NCBI GenBank assembly: GCA_014193395.1
Contig: BJHT01000007.1
Location: 1,005 to 65,004 of the forward strand
Direction: 5' to 3'
DNA length: 64,000 nt
Source: Verrucomicrobiota bacterium
GTDB taxonomy: Bacteria > Verrucomicrobiota > Verrucomicrobiia > Limisphaerales > BJHT01
Below, in pieces: positions 45,652 through 54,130 of this stretch (positions are counted from its first letter, which is position 1; each line of letters opens with the position of its first letter). Made by a program: the position numbers and the translations under genes. The notes under the pieces are model-generated. The model was given only the letters and a program-made list of their open reading frames with translations, searched no databases and was not told where the DNA came from.

Positions 45652-45837
45652 GGAGTGCGGTGACTTGTCACCGCTTTCCCGAGGCGACTTGTCGCCGTCA
45701 AACTGCGGGACGCGTTGGTGGGGAGAGGGGCGCTCACGGCTCGCGCCAGCGCCAGCGCGCCCGCCGGTTCGGATGCGCGCCGAACTGCGACGGCGACAAG
45801 TCGCCTGCGCAAAAGCGGTGACAAGTCACCGCACTCC
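45652..45837. repeat. Repeat family B, copy 2
   Basis: Same architecture and arms as 18247..18433, located between alr and tsaB. Confidence 0.9.
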
Positions 45838-45961
45838 AAACCGCGGCGGGGCACGGCGGTGGACAGGCCGCCAAAACACAGGATCCTGGCGGCGAGACGC
45901 CGCCAGAGCTCGCAGGCGGGGACGCCTGCGGTACCGGGGAGCGGTCGGGACGCGCGCGTAG

Positions 45962-46633
45962 TCATGGCTCGGTGGGCAGGACGCGTGGGGGCGGGGCTTT
46001 CACGAACTCGACCGCGCGCAGATACACCGGCTCCAACTGGGCGGCGGGGGTGAAATCGGTGCGGCCCGCCGCGAGCGTGGCGACGGTCGCGGCGGCGGCG
46101 TGGAGGACACGGCCGCGTGGAAACCACTTGGTCGCCTCGGGGCCAATCCAGTGATCGACGCGGCTGTCCAGCGCAGCGGCCTCGTCGATGGGGACAATGC
46201 GCAGCGGCTCGGCGACGCGCCAACCGGCGGTGTCGAGGTCGTAAAGGCCGAGGTAAATCTCGTGGCGCTGCGCATCGACGACCACCGCCACGCGGCCGAG
46301 CCAGCCCGCGCAATGCGCCTGCGCCGCGAGACAATCCGCGCTGTTGACGCCGAGCACGGGCGTGCCGAGCGCGAGCTGCCAGCCTTGCGCAAGCGAGATG
46401 GAAATGCGGACGCCCATGTTCGAGCCGGGCCCGAGCGCGACGGCGAGGTGGTCGATTTGTTCGCGCTCAAGCTGCGCGACTCGCAGCGCACGCTGGACCA
46501 TTCCCAGCGCGCTGATCGAGCGGCCGCCGATTTCGCTTTCGGTCGCGAGTACGCGCACAAGGCCTGTCGCGTCGGTCGTCGCGACGGCGACGCTGCGGTG
46601 GGTGGAGGAGAACTCGAGGGCGAGCAGGTTCAC
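45962..46633 (-). CDS. tsaB: tRNA t6A37 biosynthesis protein TsaB (YeaZ)
   Basis: 223 aa with a GTG start. It has LALEFSS and VALGPGSNMGVRISISLAQG, typical of TsaB. Confidence 0.85.
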   Translation of the reverse strand: MNLLALEFSSTHRSVAVATTDATGLVRVLATESEIGGRSISALGMVQRALRVAQLEREQIDHLAVALGPGSNMGVRISISLAQGWQLALGTPVLGVNSADCLAAQAHCAGWLGRVAVVVDAQRHEIYLGLYDLDTAGWRVAEPLRIVPIDEAAALDSRVDHWIGPEATKWFPRGRVLHAAAATVATLAAGRTDFTPAAQLEPVYLRAVEFVKAPPPRVLPTEP

Positions 46634-46652
46634 GCGGAGAAGATTTCTTTAA

Positions 46653-46682
46653 CCACGGATGGACACGGATGGACACGGATGG
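46653..46682. repeat. Tandem 10-mer (GGACACGGAT x ~3)
   Basis: CCACGGATGGACACGGATGGACACGGATGG, ~20 nt upstream of the tsaB GTG start. A related CACGGATC cluster lies at 49818..49850. Confidence 0.7.
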
Positions 46683-46711
46683 GAAAGACGCGGCCGAAGT
46701 GTGGCGGATTT

Positions 46712-46897
46712 GGAGTGCGGTGACTTGTCACCGCTTTACCGAGGCGACTTGTCGCCGTCGGGTTGCGGGAGGCGTGGGTGAGCAATGGGGCGTTCCCGGC
46801 TCGCGCCAGCGGTGGCGTGCGCGCGGGTTCGGACGCGCGCCGAACTTCGACGGCGACAAGTCGCCTGCGCGAAAGCGGTGACAAGTCACCGCACTCC
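46712..46897. repeat. Repeat family B, copy 3
   Basis: Same architecture, located between tsaB and tsaE and abutting family C copy 2. Confidence 0.9.
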
Positions 46898-46922
46898 AAA
46901 CCGCCGCGGCGCGCAGCGCGAT

Positions 46923-47069
46923 GGGGAGCGCACGCGGCCCGCGTGCCGGTTTGGGCGGCCCGCCCAAACCGTCGTTCCCCGGTCTGCCTTCCCTCCGGTG
47001 GGGAAAAGTTAGTGGGACGAGGTTTTCGGCGGGCCGCCGAAAACGGCACGCCAGCGGCGTGCGCTCCCC
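46923..47069. repeat. Repeat family C, copy 2
   Basis: Near-identical to 2463..2609. Confidence 0.9.
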
Positions 47070-47110
47070 GGGGCTTCGGGCTGCGCCCGGGGCGGCTGCG
47101 GCGCATCGCT

Positions 47111-47560
47111 TCAGAGATCCTCATACGTGATGCGGCGCTCGGTTTCGCTGAGCGTTTCGAGGCGGACATGGCGGAGACGCAGGCCCGTCGCAGGCGCACC
47201 GGCGTTGCCGGCGAGGGCGGGCAGCCAGCGCTCGATCCATTCCACCACGGCGACGCCGGCGGGCGCGTAAAGGTATTCGTCCAGCCCCGCCCCGGCGATC
47301 TGCGCGGGCGTGTCGAGGCGGTAGAGGTCGAGATGGAAGAGCGGCAGGCGTCCGCCGCGATAGTGATTCACGAGCGCGAAGGTCGGCGAATGGACGCGTC
47401 CGGCGAAGCCGAGTCCGCGTGCGAGGCCCTTCACGAGCTGCGTCTTGCCGGCGCCGAGATCGCCTTGCAGGCCGAGCACCCAGCCGCCCTGCGCCGCGCG
47501 TCCCCACACCTCGCCAAGAGCCTCGGTTTCGGCAGGGCTATGCGAAATGAACGTATCCAT
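47111..47560 (-). CDS. tsaE: tRNA t6A37 biosynthesis ATPase TsaE (YjeE)
   Basis: 149 aa with the P-loop LQGDLGAGKTQLVKG, SPTFALVN and HLDLYRL. Confidence 0.9.
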   Translation of the reverse strand: MDTFISHSPAETEALGEVWGRAAQGGWVLGLQGDLGAGKTQLVKGLARGLGFAGRVHSPTFALVNHYRGGRLPLFHLDLYRLDTPAQIAGAGLDEYLYAPAGVAVVEWIERWLPALAGNAGAPATGLRLRHVRLETLSETERRITYEDL

Positions 47561-48518
47561 GCGCTTGGAGTTCGTGAACGCCGTGCTCGGTTTTGATCTT
47601 CAGGCCGGAGCCGGCGGTGATGCGCCCGATGCAGGTCAGCGGCACGTCGGGGAATTGCGCGCGCCACGCGTCGAGCAGCGGCACGGCGTCGCGGCTGGCG
47701 ACGGTGAGGAGCAGTTCAAAATCTTCGCCGTCGGTCAGCGCGGCGAGCAGGCGGGATTTGCGCGGGCCGGGGGGCAGTGGCAGTGCGCTCGAGGGCTGGC
47801 CTTCCGCAGCGGCGCTGAGGTCGCGGGTGCGTTCCTTGGCGGCGCGGCTGATGGGAATGGATTTGCCGAGCAACACCGCGCCGACGCCGCTGGCATTCAG
47901 GATATGGCGCAGATCGCCCGCGAGGCCGTCGCTGACATCCATCATCGCGTGAATCGGAAAATGCGCCGCTAGCCAGCGGGCCTCGGCGAGGCGCGGCTCG
48001 AAGTCGAGATGGCGTCCCGCGAGCGAGCCGCCGAGCTGGCCGGTGACGAAGATCGCGTCGCCGACTTTCGCACCGGAGCGAAGCGTGGCTTTTCCGCGCG
48101 GCGCCCAGCCGACGAGCGCGATCGACAGCAGCATCCGCTCGGGATTGGTCGTGGTCTCACCGCCGCTGATGGCGACATCGTGGCGGCGGGCGAGCGCGCT
48201 CAGGCCGCGGTAAATGCCCTCGAGGACTTCGACTTGGAAATCGCGCGGCAAGGCGATGGTGACGAGCGCGCACGTCGGCGTGCCGGCCATTGCGGCGATG
48301 TCGCTTAGGCAGCGAGCGAGGGCTTTGTGGCCGATTTTTTCCGGCGGCGTGTCGGCGGTGAAGTGGATGCCCTCGACGACGGCGTCAGTTTTGAACAGGA
48401 GCACGCGGTCTTTCATTCCGAGATCCAGCACGGCGCAATCGTCGCCGGGGCCGACGAGGACGGAGTCGTTCGTCGGGAGTGCGCGGGTGAGATGGGCGAT
48501 GAGTTCGAACTCGTTCAT
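47538..48518 (-). CDS. thiL: Thiamine-monophosphate kinase
   Basis: Part of track ORF 47538..49427 from MNEFELIAHL. It has the AIR-synthase-like pattern (GDDCAVL, KTDAVVEGIHF, LSDIAAMAG, GGETT). It overlaps tsaE by 23 nt. Confidence 0.88.
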   Translation of the reverse strand: MNEFELIAHLTRALPTNDSVLVGPGDDCAVLDLGMKDRVLLFKTDAVVEGIHFTADTPPEKIGHKALARCLSDIAAMAGTPTCALVTIALPRDFQVEVLEGIYRGLSALARRHDVAISGGETTTNPERMLLSIALVGWAPRGKATLRSGAKVGDAIFVTGQLGGSLAGRHLDFEPRLAEARWLAAHFPIHAMMDVSDGLAGDLRHILNASGVGAVLLGKSIPISRAAKERTRDLSAAAEGQPSSALPLPPGPRKSRLLAALTDGEDFELLLTVASRDAVPLLDAWRAQFPDVPLTCIGRITAGSGLKIKTEHGVHELQAHGYVHFA

Positions 48519-49237
48519 GACGGCCAGAAGATGGGCAGGCGGATGCGCTGCTCGAGAATGAGCCAGAGAAAGTTGGTCAGGTTGAACGTGGCGTGGGTGA
48601 GGATGGGCGTGAGCAGATTGCCGGTGCGTTCGTAGAGCCAGGTGAGCAACAGCGCGAGCAGGACGAGCGGGAGGAAGGTCATGGTGTTCGCGTGACTCAG
48701 CGCGAAGAGAATGGCGGTGAGCCACAGGGCGGTCTGCGGGAAGCCGAGCCGCTTGATCGCCGGATAGAGGATGCCGCGGAACAGGATTTCCTCGACCACC
48801 GGCGCGCACACGATGGCGATGAGGCCGAACACGGCACGCTCGGAACTCGAGACGGAGGTTTGCAGCGCCTGCACGGTGGCCTGCTGGACCGGCTCGGTTT
48901 TGAAGCTGGTCATCACCTGTGCGGACACGCCGGCGAGCATCCAGGAAAGCGGGAGAATGCCCGCGGTCGCGAGCAGCGCCGGGACGACGACGCGGCGGGG
49001 ACTCCAATCGCGCCAGCCAAAGGCCTCGTGCCAGGTCAGGCCGTGTTCGCGCACAAAGACGCCGGTGATGATCAGCACGCCGAGATGGAAGGTGAGCGTG
49101 TTGACGACCAGCGTCGGCAGGCGCGCGTGGGGATCGGGCAGCAGCCGGAGCGCCAGCGAGCCGATCATCATGAAGGCAACAACGCCCAGCAGGAAGCGCA
49201 TCAGGGCTTCGAGTTTCCAGGGCTTTTCCGACAACAT
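48515..49237 (-). CDS. CPBP-family intramembrane glutamic endopeptidase (CAAX protease-like)
   Basis: Multi-TM protein with EEILFRG, FALSH and HATFN motifs. ATGA overlap with thiL. Confidence 0.82.
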   Translation of the reverse strand: MLSEKPWKLEALMRFLLGVVAFMMIGSLALRLLPDPHARLPTLVVNTLTFHLGVLIITGVFVREHGLTWHEAFGWRDWSPRRVVVPALLATAGILPLSWMLAGVSAQVMTSFKTEPVQQATVQALQTSVSSSERAVFGLIAIVCAPVVEEILFRGILYPAIKRLGFPQTALWLTAILFALSHANTMTFLPLVLLALLLTWLYERTGNLLTPILTHATFNLTNFLWLILEQRIRLPIFWPS

Positions 49238-49498
49238 CGCCGCGGAACGTAACGCAGCCGGCGGCGAGGTGACGACGGAAAAACCGGGTGCGACGACGAA
49301 GCGAGGCGTCCCGATGAGGGTGATGGGGACGAGAGCTTGGTCGGTAGAGGCGCATCTGGGCCACGGAGATCCGGATTTTTGGCAGACGAAGAGGGGCCGA
49401 CGGATGCCAGCCCGGTTCGGCTGACATCCGTTCGGTCAGTTCGGGGGAAATCTTTGCCGCAACTTACGGACACGCGTCTGGGAATGAATTGCGGGGAT

Positions 49499-49533
49499 CT
49501 CCCGCAGATTCAGGGCGACCACCGATGGGGAAT
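49499..49533. repeat. Element G half copy
   Basis: CTCCCGCAGATTCAGGGCGACCACCGATGGGGAAT matches the reverse complement of the right arm of 23224..23289 with one mismatch in the core. Confidence 0.7.
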
Positions 49534-49848
49534 TGGGTTGGCGGGAGGTTTTTGAGGCGATCCCGCCACCGGTGTCACACGCGTTTCGTGGCGGGGAAAA
49601 CTGTGGTCGCTGACGGAAGGAAGCCGGTGCCGATGGTGCTCCTCAGCATCGAGGGATCGACTGCTTGCCGCACCCGCCGGGCGTCTCTCTCGCTCCGACA
49701 ACTGGGCGGAAGCGCAGCGGAAACGGGCCGGGGGTGGGCTCAGCTTGTTCCCATCGAGCAGGTGACGACGAGCCGTCGCCACCCCGATTCCGCCATTCCC
49801 CGCGCGCACCTTCTCACGGATCGCGGATCACGGATCATCCGTCACCCC

Positions 49849-51234
49849 TCACACATCCGTCTGTATCTCGATCATCAATGTGCCGATCTCCAGCTTGTTC
49901 CCTCCGCGCAGGGTGTGCGTGGATTTCGTGAGCTTGTTTTCCATTTCCACCTTGCCGTCGCGGAAGGTGACGATGGCGGTCACGGGCGGAAAGCCCTTCT
50001 CTTTTGGCAAATACAGGTGCGCTTCGGGCGAGCTGCCGAGGATCACCGGCTCCGCGCCTAGCGAGATGACCGTGCGTTCGTTCGGATCCCAATGCACTAC
50101 GAGCGCCGCCTCGCGCGCGAGCTTCTCGACGAGCGCGACCATCAAGCCGATGGCTCCGCCGAGGATGAGCGCGCCGAGCAATCGTCCGCCGATCTCGCCG
50201 GCGCCTTGGATCGCCACGAGAAACGCCACCGCGCCGAGCAGTCCGCCGATCATTCCGCCGAGGCTGGCCCGGCCGCGCGGCAGGTTGGGAATGAAACCGC
50301 CGAGGCCCGCGCCGAGCAGCGCGCCCAGCAGCATCCAGCCGAAGACCTGGCCGAGTTTCACAAGCCACAGCGCGTCGGGAAATTTCTCCGCGAGCGTCGG
50401 TGCGACGAGCGCGAACAGGTATTGGCTGGCCGAGCCGGCGAGGAGTCCCGCGAGCACGCCGCCGCCCGCGAGCTTGAGCGCTTCCTTGCGATTCCACGGC
50501 GGACGGCGCAGGAGCAGGTTTTGTCCGGCCACAATGAGCAGCGCGAGGAACGTGGCCAGCAGCGCGGTCCACAGACCGATGGCGAGCGTGATTTTCAGCG
50601 GGACTTTGGCGTAGATCGCGTTGGTTTTCCGCTCGGGCGTGGCGGAAGGCGACGGGACCTCGAAGGTGTGAACCGTCTCCGCCGGCTCGCCGGGGATGGC
50701 GGTGCCCTTGAATTCCTGCACGCGGCCGTTCGCCTTCAACCCGACGGTGAAGGGCGTCGGTCCCACTTTTTCGTGGCGCTCGTAATGATGCACCTGGATG
50801 ACGTAGCGGCCGGGCGGCGCGCCGCCCGCGGGCCAGTAGATGTTCTCGACGGGCTTGTCGGAGTATGGCTCGCGGGCGTTCATGTCCACGTCCAGTTCGC
50901 CACCGGATTTGACCCGCTTCTGGTTGAAATAAATGTGCTCCTTGAGCGGGGTGAGGCAGTGCAGGTCGATGTCGTTGCGATTGTCCCACATCAGCGAAAT
51001 CTGCACGTCGCCGGACTTGGCGGATTCGCGTTCGAGGCGCTTGGTCAGTTCGTTGTTGAAGACCAACACGGGCGCGGCCCCGCCACCCCCAGCGCGGGTT
51101 TCGGCCGACTTCGACGACGGTTTGACCAAAAACAGCAGCGGCTCGCCCAACGCCCAGCCGAGGCCGCAACCGAGCGCGCCGAGCAAGGCGAAGAGAACGG
51201 GCTTCGGGAGCAGATGAACGAGTTTGGTGCTCAT
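49849..51234 (-). CDS. Polytopic membrane protein: TM1, periplasmic DUF2135(YfaP)-like beta-sandwich, 5 Gly-rich TM helices, cytoplasmic FHA-like C-terminal domain (tentative)
   Basis: 461 aa. The ectodomain motif string is ISLMWDNRNDIDLHCLTP..GGELDVDMN..PVENIYW..GRYVIQVHHY. The hydrophobic Gly-rich segments span roughly residues 215-385. The C-terminal ~75 aa (VISLGAEPVILGSS...GNKLEIGTLMIEI) have an FHA-like beta pattern but lack canonical pThr-binding residues. Confidence 0.6.
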   Translation of the reverse strand: MSTKLVHLLPKPVLFALLGALGCGLGWALGEPLLFLVKPSSKSAETRAGGGGAAPVLVFNNELTKRLERESAKSGDVQISLMWDNRNDIDLHCLTPLKEHIYFNQKRVKSGGELDVDMNAREPYSDKPVENIYWPAGGAPPGRYVIQVHHYERHEKVGPTPFTVGLKANGRVQEFKGTAIPGEPAETVHTFEVPSPSATPERKTNAIYAKVPLKITLAIGLWTALLATFLALLIVAGQNLLLRRPPWNRKEALKLAGGGVLAGLLAGSASQYLFALVAPTLAEKFPDALWLVKLGQVFGWMLLGALLGAGLGGFIPNLPRGRASLGGMIGGLLGAVAFLVAIQGAGEIGGRLLGALILGGAIGLMVALVEKLAREAALVVHWDPNERTVISLGAEPVILGSSPEAHLYLPKEKGFPPVTAIVTFRDGKVEMENKLTKSTHTLRGGNKLEIGTLMIEIQTDV

Positions 51235-51261
51235 GGTGCGTTGCGGTGATTAGTCGAGGGC

Positions 51262-51473
51262 AAGTTCAAAGAATAAAGCTCAAAGCTCAAGGGAAGAACC
51301 AAGGAACAAGCGGTTCCAAGGGGACGCGGCCGACGTGTTTGAAAACGGACTGTGCTCCGGGGTGCGGCAGAAACCGGCGGGCAGGTTGATTGCAGAACCG
51401 CCGTCCTCACCGCGCCAGCCGTGGTGCTTGGCGCTTGGTGTTTCCATTGAGCTTTGGGCTTTGGGCTTTGAGC
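51262..51473. repeat. Repeat family D, full palindromic copy in the divergent promoter region of the membrane-protein/vWA locus
   Basis: AAGTTCAAAGAATAAAGCTCAAAGCTCAAGGGAAGAACCAAGGAAC ... GGTGCTTGGCGCTTGGTGTTTCCATTGAGCTTTGGGCTTTGGGCTTTGAGC. Confidence 0.85.
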
Positions 51474-51603
51474 TGCATCCCAACCTCCGCGGCACGCACG
51501 CCGGCAATCCCCCCATCCGCAAAATTTTCTTTGCTCCACCGGAGGCTTCGACAACTCTCCGCGCCGACAGCACAACCACCAACCACTCCAAAAAGGATTC
51601 GCC

Positions 51604-52248
51604 ATGTCAGTGAGAAGATTGCCGGTTTACATTTTGGCCGATTGCTCCGGGTCCATGTCGGGCAACCCCATCGAGTCCGTGAAATCGGGCATCCGCGCCC
51701 TGCACAGCGAGTTGATGGGCGACCCCTCCGCCGTCGAGTGCGCCTACCTTTCGGTCATCACCTTCGACGCCAACGCGCAGCAGCTCGTGCCGCTCACCGA
51801 GCTGTCGCTGTTCGCGCCGCCGGACTTGAAGGCCGCGGGCACGACGGCGTTTGGCGCGGCGCTCAAGCTCCTCATGGAGTGCATCGAGCGCGAAGTGCAG
51901 AAGACCACCGCCGAGCAAAAGGGCGACTGGAAGCCGCTCGTCTTCATCTTCACTGACGGCTCGCCGACCGACCGCTGGGACACCTTCGCCGATGAACTCA
52001 AGGCCAAGCGCCCCGGCAACATCATCGCCGTCGCGTGCGGTGACGCGGCCGATCCCGAGGTGCTCAAGCGCGTCACCGGCACCGTGCTCATCATGAAGGA
52101 AATGTCGCCCGACGCCTTCAAGCAGTTCTTCAAATGGGTCAGCGCCTCGATCAAGCAGACCAGCGCGAAGATCGGTGCCGCGGCCGCCGCACCCACCGAG
52201 GGCATCGCGCTTCCGCCGCCGCCGCCGCAGATCGTCATCCATCCGTGA
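51604..52248 (+). CDS. TerY-type von Willebrand factor A (vWA) domain protein
   Basis: 214 aa. MIDAS residues are present (ILADCSGSMSG ... AGTTAFG ... FTDGSPTD). Size and sequence style match TerY-like vWA proteins. Confidence 0.8.
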   Translation: MSVRRLPVYILADCSGSMSGNPIESVKSGIRALHSELMGDPSAVECAYLSVITFDANAQQLVPLTELSLFAPPDLKAAGTTAFGAALKLLMECIEREVQKTTAEQKGDWKPLVFIFTDGSPTDRWDTFADELKAKRPGNIIAVACGDAADPEVLKRVTGTVLIMKEMSPDAFKQFFKWVSASIKQTSAKIGAAAAAPTEGIALPPPPPQIVIHP

Positions 52249-52340
52249 AGCATCGCTCGGTGCTGCGGCGCGATTTGGCAGGCGTCCACGCGGCGGGGCG
52301 CGGCGTGTCAGCAGGGCGCGGGGTTGCCTGACCTTCGAGC

Positions 52341-54008
52341 ATGTTCGACAAATTCTTCAATCGTCCGCCCGGCGGCAAAGCGATCAAAAAAGCCGCCGCC
52401 AACCCCGCTGCAGACGCGCCGAAAACCGGAGCCGCCCCGGCGGCGGCGACGCCGCCAGCTCCCGACGTCGCGAAGCTTCCGACGGCTCCGGCACCCGCTC
52501 CCAGCCCGCCCGCCGCTGTTTCCTCCGCGCCAGCCAAGGTTGAGGAAAAGCCCGATTCCAAAGGGCCGAACGAGGCCATCCCCGACATCAAGACGTTGAA
52601 GATCGACCGGAGTCTGCCGCGGGAAAAACCAAAGATGCCGGACGGTTCCGCAGCGCCCGAGGCTGCTCGCGAGGCCGCGAAATCACCCGCCGATTCCGCG
52701 CTGAAAACGCCTTCGCCCAACACACTGACGCCGCTCAACCGGCCCGCAGAATCCGCCACGCCCGCCGCCGCGCCATCGCGCCCGGCCTCGGTACCGCAGG
52801 CGTCCCCGCCTGCGAGTTCGGGCGGCGTCTCGCCGCCAGAACCCATTTCCGCCGCGCGTCCGCCCTCTCCGCTCGCGTCCGAGAAAACCGATTCCACATC
52901 AGCCCAAGACCCCGTAAAACCCAGCCCGCTGCCCGCTCCCACCGCGCCTGTCGCCTTGCTCACTGCCCCGAAAAAAGCAGACGCACCGGCATCCACGCTG
53001 CCGCCGGTGCCCGCCCCCAAACCCACCGAGCCGCCCGCGCCCAAGGCCGCGCAATTTCAAAATCTCCCCGCCACCGACGCTTGGTGCCCGCCCGCCATCG
53101 CCGAGCATTATCCCGAATTGCGTGCGCACATTTACGAGGACAACGCCGCCACCGAACGCGTGCTGCCCGGCGGCTGGCGCATCGTCGGTGCGACCAAGCG
53201 CGGACGTCAGCACGCGCACAAGGCCACGCATCGCGAGGACGCGCTGGCGTTCAACGTCGGTGCGCAGTTCACTATCCTCTGCGTGTCCGACGGCGCGGGG
53301 AGCTGCCCGCTCAGCCGCCTCGGTTCGCACGTCGCGTCACACACCGTCGCTGCGCGACTGATGGAGCAATTGCCGAAGCTGGAGAAGGCCGTCACGGACG
53401 ACGCGGACAAATTGAAAACCGAATTGAGCGCGCAGCTCACCGCCGCGCTCGTGGCCGCGTGCCAGGCGCTGGTGGACATGGCGGCGAAAACCAAGACCAG
53501 CGCGAAAGATTACCGCTGCACGCTGCTCACGCTGCTGCATTGGCGCGGCGAGAAACACGAACTGCTGATCGCCAATCAGATCGGCGACGGCGCGATCCTC
53601 GTGCTGAACCAGGACAAATCCACGCGCCGCATCGGCGAGGCGGACTCGGGGCAATTCTCCGGCGAGGTGAGCTGCTTCGTCCCCGACGACAATGCGCGCG
53701 ACAAGGCGAAGAAGATTGATTTCATCGCGCCCGCCGACGCGGTCGAGTGCGTGCTGCTCTGCACCGACGGCCTCGAGGACCCGTTCTTTCCCATCGCGAA
53801 AAAGGCCGGGGATTTGTTCCGCCAGCTCTACGCCGGCGTGAGCGAGCCGCTGAAGGATTTCAAGGCGCAGCCGCCGCAGCCGCCGATCCTGCCGCAGGAA
53901 AGCGCGGCGGGCGCGCTCGGGCAGTGGCTCGAGTTCGAGAAGCGCGGCGAGAACGACGACCGCACCGTGCTCCTGTTGCACCGCCGCCCGCCGACGGTGA
54001 CGTTCTGA
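52341..54008 (+). CDS. PP2C-family Ser/Thr phosphatase with a ~245-aa Pro/Ala-rich N-terminal low-complexity region
   Basis: 555 aa. The C-terminal ~300 aa carry PP2C-like metal-binding motifs (HREDA, CVSDGAGS, LCTDGLEDP). The N-terminus is PAxP-rich. Confidence 0.72.
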   Translation: MFDKFFNRPPGGKAIKKAAANPAADAPKTGAAPAAATPPAPDVAKLPTAPAPAPSPPAAVSSAPAKVEEKPDSKGPNEAIPDIKTLKIDRSLPREKPKMPDGSAAPEAAREAAKSPADSALKTPSPNTLTPLNRPAESATPAAAPSRPASVPQASPPASSGGVSPPEPISAARPPSPLASEKTDSTSAQDPVKPSPLPAPTAPVALLTAPKKADAPASTLPPVPAPKPTEPPAPKAAQFQNLPATDAWCPPAIAEHYPELRAHIYEDNAATERVLPGGWRIVGATKRGRQHAHKATHREDALAFNVGAQFTILCVSDGAGSCPLSRLGSHVASHTVAARLMEQLPKLEKAVTDDADKLKTELSAQLTAALVAACQALVDMAAKTKTSAKDYRCTLLTLLHWRGEKHELLIANQIGDGAILVLNQDKSTRRIGEADSGQFSGEVSCFVPDDNARDKAKKIDFIAPADAVECVLLCTDGLEDPFFPIAKKAGDLFRQLYAGVSEPLKDFKAQPPQPPILPQESAAGALGQWLEFEKRGENDDRTVLLLHRRPPTVTF

Positions 54009-54036
54009 GCGATGAAGGCGATGGAGAATCCGATGC

Positions 54037-54118
54037 GTAGCCGCCGACGTGAGGAGGCGGATTCGGGCGTGTGCCAGCGCTCGTGCCAGCCAATCCGCCT
54101 CCTCACGTCGGCGGCTAC
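54037..54118. repeat. Family A-like mini-palindrome between the PP2C and kinase genes
   Basis: GTAGCCGCCGACGTGAGGAGGCGGATT ... AATCCGCCTCCTCACGTCGGCGGCTAC (27-nt arms, 28-nt spacer). Confidence 0.8.
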
Positions 54119-54130
54119 AAGGATTTGCCC

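Noticed and set aside
49555-49640. Cobalamin-riboswitch-like words (CCCGCCAC, GGAAGCCGGTGCC).
   Set aside because: The elements are in the wrong order and orientation for the B12 aptamer, and no B12-related gene follows. Likewise, no CTGAGA-type TPP aptamer core was found upstream of thiL.
52235-53044. 269-aa Gly/Ala/Ser-rich minus-strand ORF.
   Set aside because: It is the mirror image of the Pro/Ala-rich low-complexity N-terminus of the PP2C gene. It has no start context or motifs.
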